DNA from: Eledone cirrhosa | Lineage: Eukaryota | Assembly (NCBI GenBank): GCA_964016885.1 | Contig: OZ024749.1 | Span: forward strand, 12,090,001 to 12,154,000 | DNA length: 64,000 nt | Reading direction: 5' to 3' | Shown here: positions 1 through 12,819 of the stretch, one piece after another | Position numbering within the stretch: the stretch's first letter is position 1 | Layout: each line of letters begins with the position of its first letter | The notes under the pieces: generated by a model | The model's database searches: none | What the model was told of the DNA's origin: nothing | The model's input: the letters and a program-made list of their open reading frames with translations, nothing else | Made by a program: the position numbers and the translations under genes

Positions 1-312
1 GAACTAGAGGCAGTATGGTATCAAAAGGATTAAAACTGTTTGAATTTTTAAGAGCGTATGTAAGATTAATATATGTAAAACATATATAAAGCATTGTTAA
101 AACAATTTAGATAAACATCAGAAAAAAATAAAGTTTAGGGATAAATCAGAATCACCAACGGTTTCCAAAATGTCAGAAATGGATATCTAAAAAAATATTT
201 ATGAAAATGGAGATCAAAAAGAAATTTGTCATGTTAAAATGTCAAGTTAAGTCTCAGTAGATTCTGATGAAGAAATAAAAAAATTACTAAAAGGATATTT
301 TTTATTATTATA

Positions 313-505
313 GGGGTGGTGGATTGGCAGTATCGGTAGAGCGTCGGTCGCCATGCTTTGATGCATAGAGTTATGGCCCTTGTCATTCTGAGTTCAAATC
401 CTGCCAAGGTTAACTTTGCCTTTCATCCTTATGGGGTCGATAAAATAAAGTACCAGTACATTACTGGGTAATTGCTGGCCTTGTGCCTAAAGTAGAAACA
501 ATTAT
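313..505 (+). mobile_element. tRNA-derived SINE, family A (central gcctttcatccttatggggtcgataaaataaagtaccag domain)
   Basis: A-box-like tggcagtatcgg, B-box-like gagttcaaatcc, conserved core, and an AT-rich tail. The same sequence recurs many times in the window. Confidence 0.85.
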
Positions 506-2214
506 TTTTATTATTGTATTTCATGCCTGTATTCTTTCATCAACGGCCCCCAATATAGCCACCATTATCAATTTTCTAATATACATGATGACACTAAATG
601 TAAATGTGATGAGGGTTAAGATGCAGTGGAGAAGTCCCCTTTCAGTTTGTAGTGGGCAGGAATCACTGATAAATGAACCAAGGGACACAGAGTAGAGAGG
701 ACATTTTGCTCTTGTAAATGACCTGACAACATCTATTGTACTGCTGCCACAACACAATGTACCCAGCCCACACTGTAAAATGGCAGTGCTGGTGCCACAA
801 CACAATGTACCCAGCCCACACTGTAAAGTGGCAGTATAAAGTGTAAAGTAGACTGCAGCATAGTAGTGCTCATACCAAGATAAAATGCACTCACTTCACT
901 GTGTAACGTGGTAGTGTTGGTAACACAACACACCCAGTAAACAGTGGTTGAAATCAAGGACATACAGATAGAGAAATCATGTTAAAATATGAAACATATG
1001 AGAAAAATATTATAACACTCTGTTTTGTTGTTGACTGATAACCTGCCCAACCCATGCCAGCATAGAAAACATGTAAAGTTATTATGGCTGAGTAGTTAAA
1101 TGTAATATAATTTGATATTTAATACCATAAATGATGTAAGTACTGAGTTGTTAGAATGTTGGATAGAAAGCTTTGCAATATTCCTTCCAGCTGAGTTCAA
1201 ATCCTATTGAGATCAACTTTGTCTTTCATCTTTCCAAGGTTGATAAAGTACCAGTTCACTCTAGTCAAGTGAGTCATTTCTTTGTCTTCTCTTTCTCTCT
1301 CTCTCCTTTGGAAGAAATTAGCTGTATTCAAACCTGGAGAGAAGATAGGCTCTGCCAGGTTTAAATGCCCCTACATCTCCATCAGGAGTCACAGGTCTAT
1401 ACATCATCATCATCTTACATCTGTTTTCCCTATTAGTAAGGGTTGGACAGGTCTTCATAGACTGAGTTAGTACTGAAACAAGACTACTGACCTCCCAAAC
1501 AATTCACTTACATATCGTCCTATGTTCTACCATGTATATTTTATCATGGCACCAGCACTAGAGAGATTGTCATGTCTGACACAATTGAAAGATTCTCACA
1601 ATGCTTTGTTTAACAAGCTTTCTATAGCTGGATGTCCTTCCTATCACCAACCACTTTACAGAGTGTACTGGGTGTGTTTATTGTGCAGATTAGCACTAGG
1701 AGAGTTACCATGTCCATGGAACAACTGAAAGGGCCTCCTCATCAAAAATGAGATTAAAATCTATTGAAATAAATTCTGTATGAGGAAACATTTGTTTACT
1801 ATAGATATAATTATAACATTCTAGGATTTTATCAAAATAAATATTACGTCTCATTTAAGCCTTTCATGGTGGTAATATAATATTTGGAGGTCAAAATATA
1901 ATAGAAATATTTATCCATCTCAGTTTCTTGTCTAAAATGCAGGAAATATATTGATGACCTGAATTTATATCTGAATGTAACAAGAGAAAAGAAGAAATGT
2001 AGCTACCATCATTAACAAAATACTGTTATGTTAATTTGTTAAATTATTTATAATTATCAACAATTCACAAAAATAGGATATAGCTGTTTATATAAGCCAA
2101 GGAGACAGAAATATTCTAAATAATATTCTGTAAATAACAATTTAATTGTTTTAAACAATACAAGGTAGAGAGGACTCTTCAGTTTTGTTGAGTACATGAC
2201 AACCTCTCTAATGA

Positions 2215-2530
2215 TTGTACCATGATAAAATACACCCACTACACTCTGTAAAGTGGTACTGCTTGTACAATGATAAAATGCATCCAAACCACTTGGTAAA
2301 GTGGTAGTGTTAGTGACATGATAAAATGCTCCCAGTACACCCTGTAAAGTGGTAATGTTGGTACCATGTTAAAATGCACCCAGTACACTCAGTAAAGTGG
2401 TACTGCTTGTGACATGATAAAATGCACCTAGTACTCGCTATAAAGTAGTAGTTCTGGTACCATGATGAAATGCACGCAATACCCCCTGTAAAGTGGTTGG
2501 CATTAGGAAGGAAATGTAGAAACCATACCA
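2215..2530 (+). repeat. Diverged ~48-bp module array (about 6 units) ending in an aggaagg...tgtagaaa box
   Basis: Repeated cacccagtacactctgtaaagtggta...catgataaaat. Related copies lie near 750-940 and 50390-50510. Confidence 0.75.
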
Positions 2531-2620
2531 AATAATAAACATGAGCAAGATGTGATCTCCAACCACCTTACTGCGACAACTTGTACAACCTTTATCAGCA
2601 TGGGAAACGAATATGGGGCT

Positions 2621-3075
2621 GACGATGATAGTGATGATGATGATAGTGGTGATGATGATAGTGGTGATGATGATAGTGGTGATGATGATAGTGGTGATGA
2701 TGATAGTGATGATGATGATAGTGATGATGATGATAGTGATGATGATGATAGTGATGATGATGATGGTGGTGATGATGATAGTGGTGACGATGATAGTGAT
2801 GACGATGATAGTGATGACGATGATGATGATGATAGCGGTGACGATGATAGTGGTGATGATGATGGTGGTGATGATGATGGTGGTGATGATGATAGTGGTG
2901 ATGATGATAGTGGTGATGATGATAGTGGTGATGATGATGGTGGTGATGATGATGGTGGTGATGATGATAGTGATGATGATGATGATGATAGTGGTGATGA
3001 TGATAGTGGTGATGATGATAGTGGTGATGATGATAGTGGTGATGATGATAGTGGTGATGATGATAGTGATGATGA
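2621..3075 (+). repeat. (GAT)n-based compound microsatellite with a 15-bp gatgatgatagtggt period
   Basis: Seen directly. It explains the Asp-rich and Met/Val-rich ORFs. Confidence 0.95.
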
Positions 3076-3689
3076 CGCTACCTATGTCATTAACCCTTTC
3101 ATTACCATATTCCTAATGAAAGACACTACCTATGTCATTAACCTTATCAAGAATTTAGAGGGATGTAGTAATATAAATAACTTTCTTGTTATGAAGCTGG
3201 TGTTTGGAGTGTAACTTAACAGAGGTGCTTATATAATAATATGTTGGAAGGTTTTGAGATAAATACAACCATATTAACCCTTTGCTTACTATATTTCTAA
3301 TGAAAGATGCTACCTATGCTTTTCAAATCCCTTTGAAAGTAATCAAGAATTTGAAGAGTTTTAGTAATATAACTAACTTTCTCATTATTAAGGTGGAGTT
3401 TAGAGCATAACTTACATAAAATTATGATGAAAAGCATTTAGATAGATCAAAGCAGAAGTCAAGATATTCACTGAACCCAACCAGGAACTTTCATCTGTCA
3501 TGAATTAGTTCCTAATGAGAAGTTATAGAAGGAAAATAAAAATCTATGATGGTATACTGAGATGTGATAAACATGACATATTCCTTCAACCATAACAGTA
3601 GCAATAACAAGTAATTTTTTCTATATTTTCTAACTCTTGTACCACATGAAAATATAGACATTAAATACGTCATTGTGTAATTACCTCCT

Positions 3690-4470
3690 CCTTCTTTGCC
3701 CACTTATTCCTGAGAGGGTTGTGAGACAGAGTCCTCAAACACTCCTTCCAGCAGGTCCTGTCAGAAGCTACCGTTACCAACTAATTTAGCTGGATCCCTA
3801 AGCGAGACCAGCCGAGCTCAAAGATATTATCCAACCATCTTGCTCAGGGTCTACCCCTGGGTCACCTACCAGTTGGTTTTGCCCGTAAAATCTATCCAGC
3901 AATTCTTTCCCGAGACATTCTAACAACATGTCTATAGTATCGGAGTTGTGATCTCTCAATTCGGAGAAGTAGCAGCTGTACCTGGAGAGACTCTCTGATC
4001 TCTGAGCTATGCACTCTATCGAGTCACGTCACTGCAAAGACCCTTCAGAGGAACCCTCTTTTGGCCACTTGTATTCGCGATCATATTATTTCAGTCATAA
4101 CCCAAGATTCATGACCATAGGTAAGGGTTGGCATGAATACCGAATTGAAGATAGCAAGTTTGACTTTTACGCCTACCTCCCTTCTTCTGATTACGAAATA
4201 CTGAAGCTAGCACATTACTGAACCAGCTTTTGCAATTCTTGCACTTAATTCTGCCTCCTGCCTTCCACCACTTATGAACAAGGGCCCGAGATACTTGAAC
4301 TTCTCTACCTGCTTCAGTGGAACTCCATTTACATATAGAGTGCACTGCACAGGCTTCCTTGAGAGGACAAATGTCTCAGTTTTTGCAGCACTGATTTTCA
4401 TTCCAGCCATGCAGTACTCAGCATCAAACCTATCGAGTGTAAGTTGGAGATCACTTTCTGTTGAGTTAAG
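3690..4470 (-). mobile_element. Decayed RTE-clade LINE 3' fragment (Expander/Rex3-like)
   Basis: GMKISAAKTETFVLSR...LKQVEKFKYLG, followed by ERSQLRYYRHV and GRP...W motifs, with stops and frameshifts. Confidence 0.85.
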
Positions 4471-4570
4471 TAACATTATGTGTAATTATGAACATGTAAA
4501 AAGATATTACAGCTAATATGGAACACAGCTTAAATACAGTTATATAAAGTGCTATCCGTCTATCAATAAT

Positions 4571-4666
4571 TGTTTCTACTTTAGGCACAAGGCCAGCAAT
4601 TAACCAGTGCATTACTGGTACTTTATTTTATCGACCCCGTAAGGATGAAAGGCAAAGTCAACCCCT
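4571..4666 (-). mobile_element. 5'-truncated family A SINE with 13-bp target-site duplication
   Basis: Reverse complement of the SINE core and tail, flanked by gtctatcaataat at 4558-4570 and 4667-4679. Confidence 0.85.
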
Positions 4667-4680
4667 GTCTATCAATAATG

Positions 4681-6195
4681 AGTGCCCAGCCTACACTGTA
4701 AAGTGGTCATGTAGGTGTCACACTGTAAAGTGGTCATGTAAATGTCACAGCACCCAGCCCACACTGTAAAGAGGTCATGTAGGTGTCACAGCACCCAGCC
4801 CACACTGTAAAGTGATCATGTAGGTGTCACGACAAAAAGTACCCAGTCTACACTGTAAAGTGGTCATGTAGGTGTCATGACAAAAAGTACCCAGTCTACA
4901 CTGTAAAGTGGTCATGTAGGTGTCATGACAAAAAGCACCCAGCCCACACTGTAAAGTGGTCATGTAGGTGTCATGACAAAAAGCACCCAGTCCACACTGT
5001 AAAGTGGTCATGTAGGTGTCACGACAAAAAGTACCCAGTACACACTGTAAAGTGGTCATGTAGGTATCATGACAAAAAGCACCTAGCCCACGCTGTAAAG
5101 TGGTCATGTAGGTGTCACGACAAAAAGCACCCAGCCCACACTGTAAAGTGGTCATGTAGGTGTCACAACAAAAAGCACCCAACCCACACTGTAAAGTCGT
5201 CATGTAGGTGTCATGACAAAAAGTACCTAGCCCACACTGTAAAGTGGTCATGTAGGTGTCACGACGAAAAGTACCCAGTCTACACTGTAAAGTGGTCATG
5301 TAAGTGTCATGACAAAAAGCACCCAGCCCACACTGTAAAGTGGTCATGTAGGTGTCATGACAAAAAGTACCCAGTACACACTGTAAAGTGGTCATGTAGG
5401 TATCATGACAAAAAGTACCTAGCCCACACTGTAAAGTGGTCATGTAGGTGTCATGTAAAGTAGTCATGTAGGTGTCACAACAAAAAGTACCCAGTCCACA
5501 CTGTAAAGTGGTCATGTAGGATTCACAACAAAAAGCACCCCACCCACACTGTAAAGTGGTCATGTAGGTATCATGACAAAAAACACCCAGCCCACACTGT
5601 AAAGTGGTCATATAGGTGTCATGACAAAAAGCACCCAGCCCACACTGTAAAGTGGTCATGTAGGCATCACGACAAAAAGCACCCAGCCCACACTATCAAG
5701 TGGTCATGTAGGTGCCATGACAAAAAGTACCCAGCCCACACTGTAAAGTGGTCATGTAGGTGTCACGACAAAAAGCACCCAGCCCACACTGTAAAGTGGT
5801 CATGTAGGTGTCATGACAAAAAGTACCTAGCCCACACTATCAAGTGGTCCTGTAGGTGCCATGACAAAAAGCACCCAGCCCACACTATCAAGTGGTCATG
5901 TAGGTGCCATGACAAAAAGTACCCAGCCCACACTGTAAAGTGGTCATGTAGGTGTCACGACAAAAAGCACCCAGCCCACACTGTAAAGTGGTCATGTAGG
6001 TGTCATGACAAAAATCACCCAGCCCACACTGTAAAGTGGTCGTGTAGGTACCACAACAAAAAAATTCCCAGTTCACACTGTAAAATGGTTGTGTAGGCAT
6101 CACGATAAAAAGCACCCAGTACTCACTGTAAATGATGTTGGTATAAGGAAGGGTATCCAGCTGTAGAAACCAAGCCAAAATCAGTTGTGTGAGCA
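4681..6195 (+). repeat. 48-bp minisatellite (about 30 units) expanded from a SINE/LINE internal module
   Basis: Unit cacccagcccacactgtaaagtggtcatgtaggtgtcatgacaaaaag. It runs directly into the aggaagggtatccagctgtagaaac box found in family B SINEs and RTE 3' UTRs. Confidence 0.95.
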
Positions 6196-6981
6196 ATTTA
6201 TTGGCAGAATTTCCCTTCATATATCTTAGCAGAATAATAGTGTATCATTTTCTAACAAATTGATCCTTGACAGTTATTGAAGAAATAGTCTGTGTCTTAA
6301 TGATCTCCTTTCTAATTACGATCTTATTTTGGTACTTCTAAATCAAATAATTTCGCAGAAGACATTATTATTTCGCTTTATAATATATTTGGTTGTTTTT
6401 AGATTCAGATAAAAAATAAAAAAGAAAGAAAAATTGAAGTATGTATATTGATTTCTCCTTTTCAAACATATCACATATTTATAGACCTTAATAAAATAAG
6501 ATATTTTCCAATGTTAAACAATCAATTATTTCAAGTAAAAACACTAATAAAAACTAGCCAATGAGATATAGTCTCGAACAATCCAACCCAAGAGATTTAA
6601 AATCTGAACCAATGTGATGACAAACATGACAAGTGAACAAACACCAGAGAAAAATCTTGGAAACTTCCTTGTTAAAAAATTATCGAAACTATCTAAATAA
6701 ATATAAAGTTTATTTAACCCTTTTGTTACCATATTTCTAATGAAAGACACTACCACTATTGTAGTGGTAGACATTACAGAGTACTAGATGACAGTGTCTT
6801 GTAGTGTGTGTTTGAGTTCTCTTGGCTCTGAGAATCTGACCAGGACTAAGGCAACTATCCTCTTTCATGAAAAAGATTCAATAGAAGTACCAGTCATATG
6901 CTATGGTCGATTTATCTAGCTATACTCCTTCCTTTCGAATTTTTGGCCTTTTCTCAAAACAAAACTTATTATAATTATCAA

Positions 6982-7200
6982 GGTTGTTGGATTGCCATTA
7001 TCGGTAGAGAATCGGACATGCTTTGTGGCATATAGTTACATCCCTTTATGTTCTGGGTTCAAATCACGCCGAGATTAGCTTTGCCTTTCATCCTTAAGGG
7101 TTGGTAAAATAAAACACCAGTAACGCACTGGGGTCAATTTAATTGACTTTCTCCTCTCCCTAAATTGTTGACCTTGTGCCTAAACCAGAAAGCACTATTA
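6982..7200 (+). mobile_element. Family A SINE
   Basis: Similar to 313-505 along its length. Confidence 0.8.
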
Positions 7201-7621
7201 TTATTAAGTTTTGATTTCTAATGAAGAACATTCAACAGTACTATTAAATTCCTTATAAATCACACAATATACCCTCCATACACAATATAACCTCGAAATA
7301 TAAAGAAACTTAATTCAACAATAAAACTTACATTTTCCACTACTTTTTACAATCACACCCACCTCACATTCCATTATAGCAAATACATTTGCTTTGTTTA
7401 ATATCCGAGTATAGCTGACATATGATTCATGTTTCTCATCATCGTTCTATACTCACTTTTCCATGCTAACATATGTTGGACAAGAAACTTTGAGGCAGTA
7501 ATTTACGCCAAATGCCCTTCCTGGCACAAACCCTTTTAATCTCATCTTATGACATAAGGGTTACAACATGTCTATTATAAAACTAAGTTACACATGGTTA
7601 AAGTATGTGTGTGTGTGTATA

Positions 7622-7826
7622 GGCACATGGCTTAGTGATTAGAGCATTGGCCTTGCAATCGAAAGGTTGTGAGTTCAATTCTCAGACCGGGTGATGTGTT
7701 GTTTCCTTGAGCAAGACACTTTATTTCACGTTGCTCCAGTTTACTCAGCTGTAGAAATCAAGCCAGAATCAGTGCCCATCCCACCCTTGCAATCAGGGAA
7801 AAGCGGACATAAAATGATGGTGATGA
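7622..7826 (+). mobile_element. tRNA-derived family B SINE (CORE-like ccttgagcaagacacttta), internally deleted
   Basis: Head ggcacatggcttagtgattagagc...gagttcaattc, CORE-like segment, then a jump to the tail ending in (GAT)n. Confidence 0.85.
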
Positions 7827-7839
7827 TATATATATGTTT

Positions 7840-8400
7840 GTGTCAGGCCGCTCTCGAGTGCTACTGGTAACATGTAACCCAGTACAACCTGTCTCATGGT
7901 CAGGTCATCGGTGACTAAACCGGCAACCCCACCAAGCTTGCTTGGTGAGGAAAGTGACGATTGGCCACCCTGCGGGATGAAATACAAGACTCGGCAAAAG
8001 GCGGAGGATCTCAGCAGAGTCAACGGCCATTCAAATATATATATATATATTTTTTTCTTTGTGAGGGCTGTTGTATATTCCGTGGCAAACATTTGCACCA
8101 AAGACATATGTCGTCAGTTCCAAAAAGTGTGGTTGGTCCTACACAAGACTTCACCACTTAAAACAAAACTTTGTGTGGGTAGTTCAACATCAGTTCACTT
8201 TCTCACATTTCCGCCAGTCTTTTGCAACGGGGCTTGATATCTGCAAGACTCTCCATAAACTCTTGCTCTTGCAACCTATGTGGCTTGGTCTGTGGGTCAC
8301 TGGCGGGATTGAAATGTCACATGAGACACTGCCATCCAGAGAGCTGAACTTTTGTTGGACACTCATATATCGACGGGAGAGTCCATCATATATATATATA
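7840..8400 (+). mobile_element. RTE-like 5' UTR segment plus a 3' segment encoding a C2H2-like finger
   Basis: Shares agagtcaa(c/t)ggccat with 33484-33498. The 3' part encodes CNLCGLVCGSLAGLKCHMRHCH*. Confidence 0.55.
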
Positions 8401-8570
8401 TCATCATCACTGTTTAACGTCCATTTTCCCATGCAAGCATGGGTTAGATGAGTTGTCTTGTGAGAAATGCCTTGTCTTGCTCATACAGAACTGATTTTGG
8501 CTTGGGTTATACGGCTGGATGCCCTTCCTAATGCCAATCACATTTACAGTGAGTACTGGGTGCTTTGTCT
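8400..8570 (-). mobile_element. SINE/RTE-type 3' tail fragment
   Basis: tttaacgtccattttcccatgcaagcatgggttaga...ggctggatgcccttcct. Confidence 0.7.
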
Positions 8571-9519
8571 TGAGACAACTGAAGGGTTCTCCTAGTCCTC
8601 TAGTAGATTGTCTATGGTTGGATGCCCTTCCTATTACAATGGATTTATCATGTATATCACTAGAGAAGTTGGCATAACTTTAACACAACTGGAGGATATG
8701 TAAACACAAATCAACACCAATTAATGTCTATGATGTTCACAGAATAACTTAATCTCTTTTTGTTGATTTGCTAAGTTATGGGACATTATCACAGATACAA
8801 ATGTAAATGAAGACCTGCATCTCCATGTGGTTGTGAAGTGAATTCCTTAACCACAGTCCACATCAATACTGTTTAGTTTTGTTGTTTTTTGTTTTGCAAT
8901 CTTTTAAGCATGACACCACTCAGGGCAAGCATAAGCCTGTGTGTGGCACTTGATATATGGTGGCATATGGCACAGTGCTAAAATTTAAAGACAAAGTCAT
9001 TGGCAATCAACATTGCATTTTTTTAAAACCTTGGTGATTATTTGAGGCCCTGTCTTTGAATGGACCAATCAGAATTCAGCCTTTTCAAACAAAGTTATGA
9101 CACAAATCAGGTCAGTGAGTCAGAAACTGAAACCAAAAATTGATTAGAAATTCTTCACGTAATTCAATAGTAACTGGTTGAGAAAAACAACATAGACTAT
9201 ACAAGATATAATTTATACGAGAAATATTGCTATTTTTGTGCAGTGAACTATGAAGAGCTGTCAGAAAAACACTAGTAATGTTCTCATGATACCCCTTCTG
9301 CCTTATTGATTGACACACACACACACACATGGGCACATGCATACACTGATGCTCACACATACAGATGGATGCATGCACTGACACACACATACACAAAAAA
9401 ACAGATGGACATGTGCATGCACAATGCCATCAACCAATGAAAAACAAAGTGTTCAGCAACAATAAATACAGTTTTACACTAAAAAGTCATGGATTACCCC
9501 CCCCCCCTCTTTTTCTATG

Positions 9520-9805
9520 GATGTGTATGTATGTATGTATGTATGTATGTGTGAATGTATGTATGTATGTATGTGTGTATGTATGTATGTGTGAATGTAT
9601 GTATGTATGTATGTGAATGTATGTATGTATGTATGTGTGTGTGTATGTATGTGTATGTTCTATGGATGTGTATGTATGTGTATGTATGTATGTGTATGTT
9701 CTATGGATGTGTATGTATGTGTATGTTCTATGGATGTGTATGGATGTGTATGTATGTATGTATGTGTATGGTCTATGGATGTGTGTGTATGTATGTATGT
9801 ATGTA
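9520..9805 (+). repeat. (TATG)n/(TG)n compound microsatellite
   Basis: Seen directly. Confidence 0.95.
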
Positions 9806-11843
9806 TGAGGAGAATGAATGGGATAAAGATAGTCTACCCCAAATTGGACCAGCAGAGGGAGCTGCTGTGCAAGTTAATGGTAGTATTGTAAGTAAGGCAA
9901 TCAAAGATATGAAGACAAGCAAGTCAGTTGGGCCTTTGGGGATAGTTGCTGGGATGTTGAAAGCATCTGGAATGGTGGGACATAATATGGTCACCCGGAT
10001 AGTAAACTAAGTAATACAGAATTGGGTCATACCAAATGACTGGCGTAGTAGCATCATCATTAACTGCTACATGGGCAAAGGAGATGCCCTGGATAGAGGA
10101 AAGTATAGGGGCATTAAGATAGTTGACCAGGTCATGGAGGTCACAGAAAGAGTTATTGCACAACTAATTAAGAGATTGAATTGATCTAGATGAAATGCAG
10201 TTTGGGTTTGTACCAGGTAAAAGTCCCATGGATGCTCTCTTCCGTTTACAACAACTACAGGAGAAGTACCTAGCTAAAAGTAAACCCCTCTACTTAGCTT
10301 TTGTTAACTTGGAGAAAGCCTTTGACAGAGTCCCCTGCTCCATTATCTGTGGTGGGCTCTTAGAAAACTATGAGTAGATGAGTGGCTTGTGAGAGCTATA
10401 CAAGGCATGTATAAAGAAAGTCAGCAAGGTTAGAATTAAGTATGAATATAGTGAAGAGTTTAACGTAAAAGTAGGTGTTCATCAAGGCTTTCCTTAACCC
10501 CCTCCTTTTTATAATCGCCCTACAGGCTATAACAGAGGAGTTTAAGACCAGCTGCCCATGGGAACTTCTATATGCAGATGATCTAACTCTCATAGCTGAA
10601 TCTATGGCTGAAGAAATTCCAAATATGGAAGCATGGCCTAGAATCAAAAGGCCTTAAAGTTAACCTGTCTAAGATTAAAGTTCTAGCATGTAGAAAGGAA
10701 AACAGGGCACAGGTGCCCTGTGGGAAATGGCCATGCTCAGTATGTAGGAAAGGAGTAGGTAGAAATTCCATTTTATGCCCCAAATGCAAACTATGGGTAC
10801 ATAAAAGATGTAGCGGGATCACAGGTAAGCTATCTAAGAATGTAGATTTTATATGTGGCAGATGCTCAGTGGCAGTAAGTAGCAAGGGCCCACAGGATAC
10901 TAGCTCCTTCAATTGCCCAGATGGTTCTATAGAAATAGTGGACACTTTCTGTTACCTGAGTGACAATATCAGCAGTGGTGGAGGGTGCTCTGAAAGTACA
11001 GTAGCCAGAGTTAGAACAGGATGGAAAAAGCTCAAAGAGCTAACACTGCTGTTGGCCACAAAAGGTTTCTCTCTAAAAATGAAAGGCAGACTGTATGATG
11101 CTTGTATACAAACAGCAATGCTACATGGCAGTGAGACATGGGCATTGTGTGCAGAGGACCTGTGCAGACTGGAAAGGAATGAAGCTTGCATGCTCTGTTG
11201 GATGTGTAATAGCAATATACACAAACGGCAAAACAAACGAACTGAGTGAGAAATTAGGAATAAGAGGGATCGGATGCAGTTTACTTGAGAGGAGATTACG
11301 TTGGTATGCTCATGTGATGCACATGATGGAAGCTATGGACTAGGTAGACCCAGAAAAACCTGGGACGACATGATAAAAACTGACCTTCCACAATTACACC
11401 TCTCTAAGAGAATGTCACTGGATCGAGACGTTTGGCGCTACACAGTAATACAGAAGACTCGCCTTCCCTTATGTACAAAGTTAAATCTACAGTCAGTAGG
11501 CACCTCTTAAACCAAATATACACCCCCAACGCACTACCCTTACTCCATCCTCCCACTCCCACCTACACTAGCCTTTCTCTGTAAAGTTATGTTGGTACCA
11601 CAGAACATCCAGTGCACGCTGTAAGTGGTTGTGTAGGAGACATGGTAAAAAGGCTCCCAGTTCACACTGTAAATGTGGTTGGTGTTAGGAAGGGCATCCA
11701 GCCATAGAAAACCTGCCACATACAGAGTTCTATATGCGCGAGGCACTGTCAACTGACCAATCTTGCCTCAAGTGGGACAATCACGTCTAACCCATGCTAG
11801 TGTGGAAGATAGACGTTAAACAAGGATGATGATGATGATGATG
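9806..11843 (+). mobile_element. RTE LINE family 1, 5'-truncated and decayed (RT, PHD-like finger, long 3' UTR, (GAT)n tail)
   Basis: QFGFVPGKS, AFVNLEKAFDRVP, LLYADDL, WPCSVC...H..C, LHGSETW and ERRLRWYAHV motifs, with frameshifts and stops. Confidence 0.95.
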
Positions 11844-11941
11844 TATGAACCATACAATTCATTGGTTCTATGGGTCCTTGTAATATGTGCATATGTGAAA
11901 GTAAATTCTAGTAGAAATATGTACTTAATATAAACACGGTA

Positions 11942-12718
11942 CTTTATATCTCTCACCCCTCCATAAATATCTTTATATCTCTCACCCCTCCATAAATATC
12001 TTTATATCTCTCACCCCTCCATAAATATCTTTATATCTCTCACCCCTCCATAAATATCTTTATATCTCTCACCCCTCCATAAATATCTTTATATCTCTCA
12101 CCCCTCCATAAATATCTTTATATCCCTCACCCCTCCATAAATATCTTTATATCTCTCACCCCTCCATAAATATCTTTATATCCCTCACCCCTCCATAAAT
12201 ATCTTTATATCTCTCACCCCTCCATAAATATCTTTATATCTCTCACCCCTCCATAAATATCTTTATATCCCTCACCCCTCCATAAATATCTTTATATCTC
12301 TCACCCCTCCATAAATATCTTTATATCTCTCACCCCTCCATAAATATCTTTATATCTCTCACCCCTCCATAAATATCTTTATATCTCTCACCCCTCCATA
12401 AATATCTTTATATCCCTCACCCCTCCATAAATATCTTTATATCCCTCACCCCTCCATAAATATCTTTATATCTCTCACCCCTCCATAAATATCTTTATAT
12501 CTCTCACCCCTCCATAAATATCTTTATATCCCTCACCCCTCCATAAATATCTTTATATCCCTCACCCCTCCATAAATATCTTTATATCTCTCACCCCTCC
12601 ATAAATATCTTTATATCTCTCACCCCTCCATAAATATCTTTATATCTCTCACCCCTCCATAAATATCTTTATATCTCCCACCCCTCCATAAATATCTTTA
12701 TATCCCTCACCCCTCCAT
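11942..12718 (+). repeat. 29-bp minisatellite (about 27 units)
   Basis: Unit ctttatatc(t/c)ctcacccctccataaatat. Confidence 0.97.
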
Positions 12719-12819
12719 TTCAATTAAAGAAAGGTTTTTGCTAGATTGAAAATATTTTTTTAAATTAAAATAAATTTCTATTTATCAAGTAGATAAATTT
12801 TGTTAATATATTTTACAAA

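Noticed and set aside
521-722. Possible minus-strand terminal exon (GHLQEQNVLSTLCPLVHLSVIPAHYKLKGDFSTAS* in phase 1)
   Set aside because: Weak polypyrimidine tract, no recognisable homology, and not the expected SH2 continuation. It would need transcript data.
2552-3214. Asp-rich ORF resembling an acidic biomineralisation protein
   Set aside because: It is a (GAT)n microsatellite. The flanks are repeat-derived, there is no signal peptide, and the overlapping frame is also open.
4775-5659. 294-aa Cys-rich repeat ORF
   Set aside because: Translation of the 48-bp TE-derived array.
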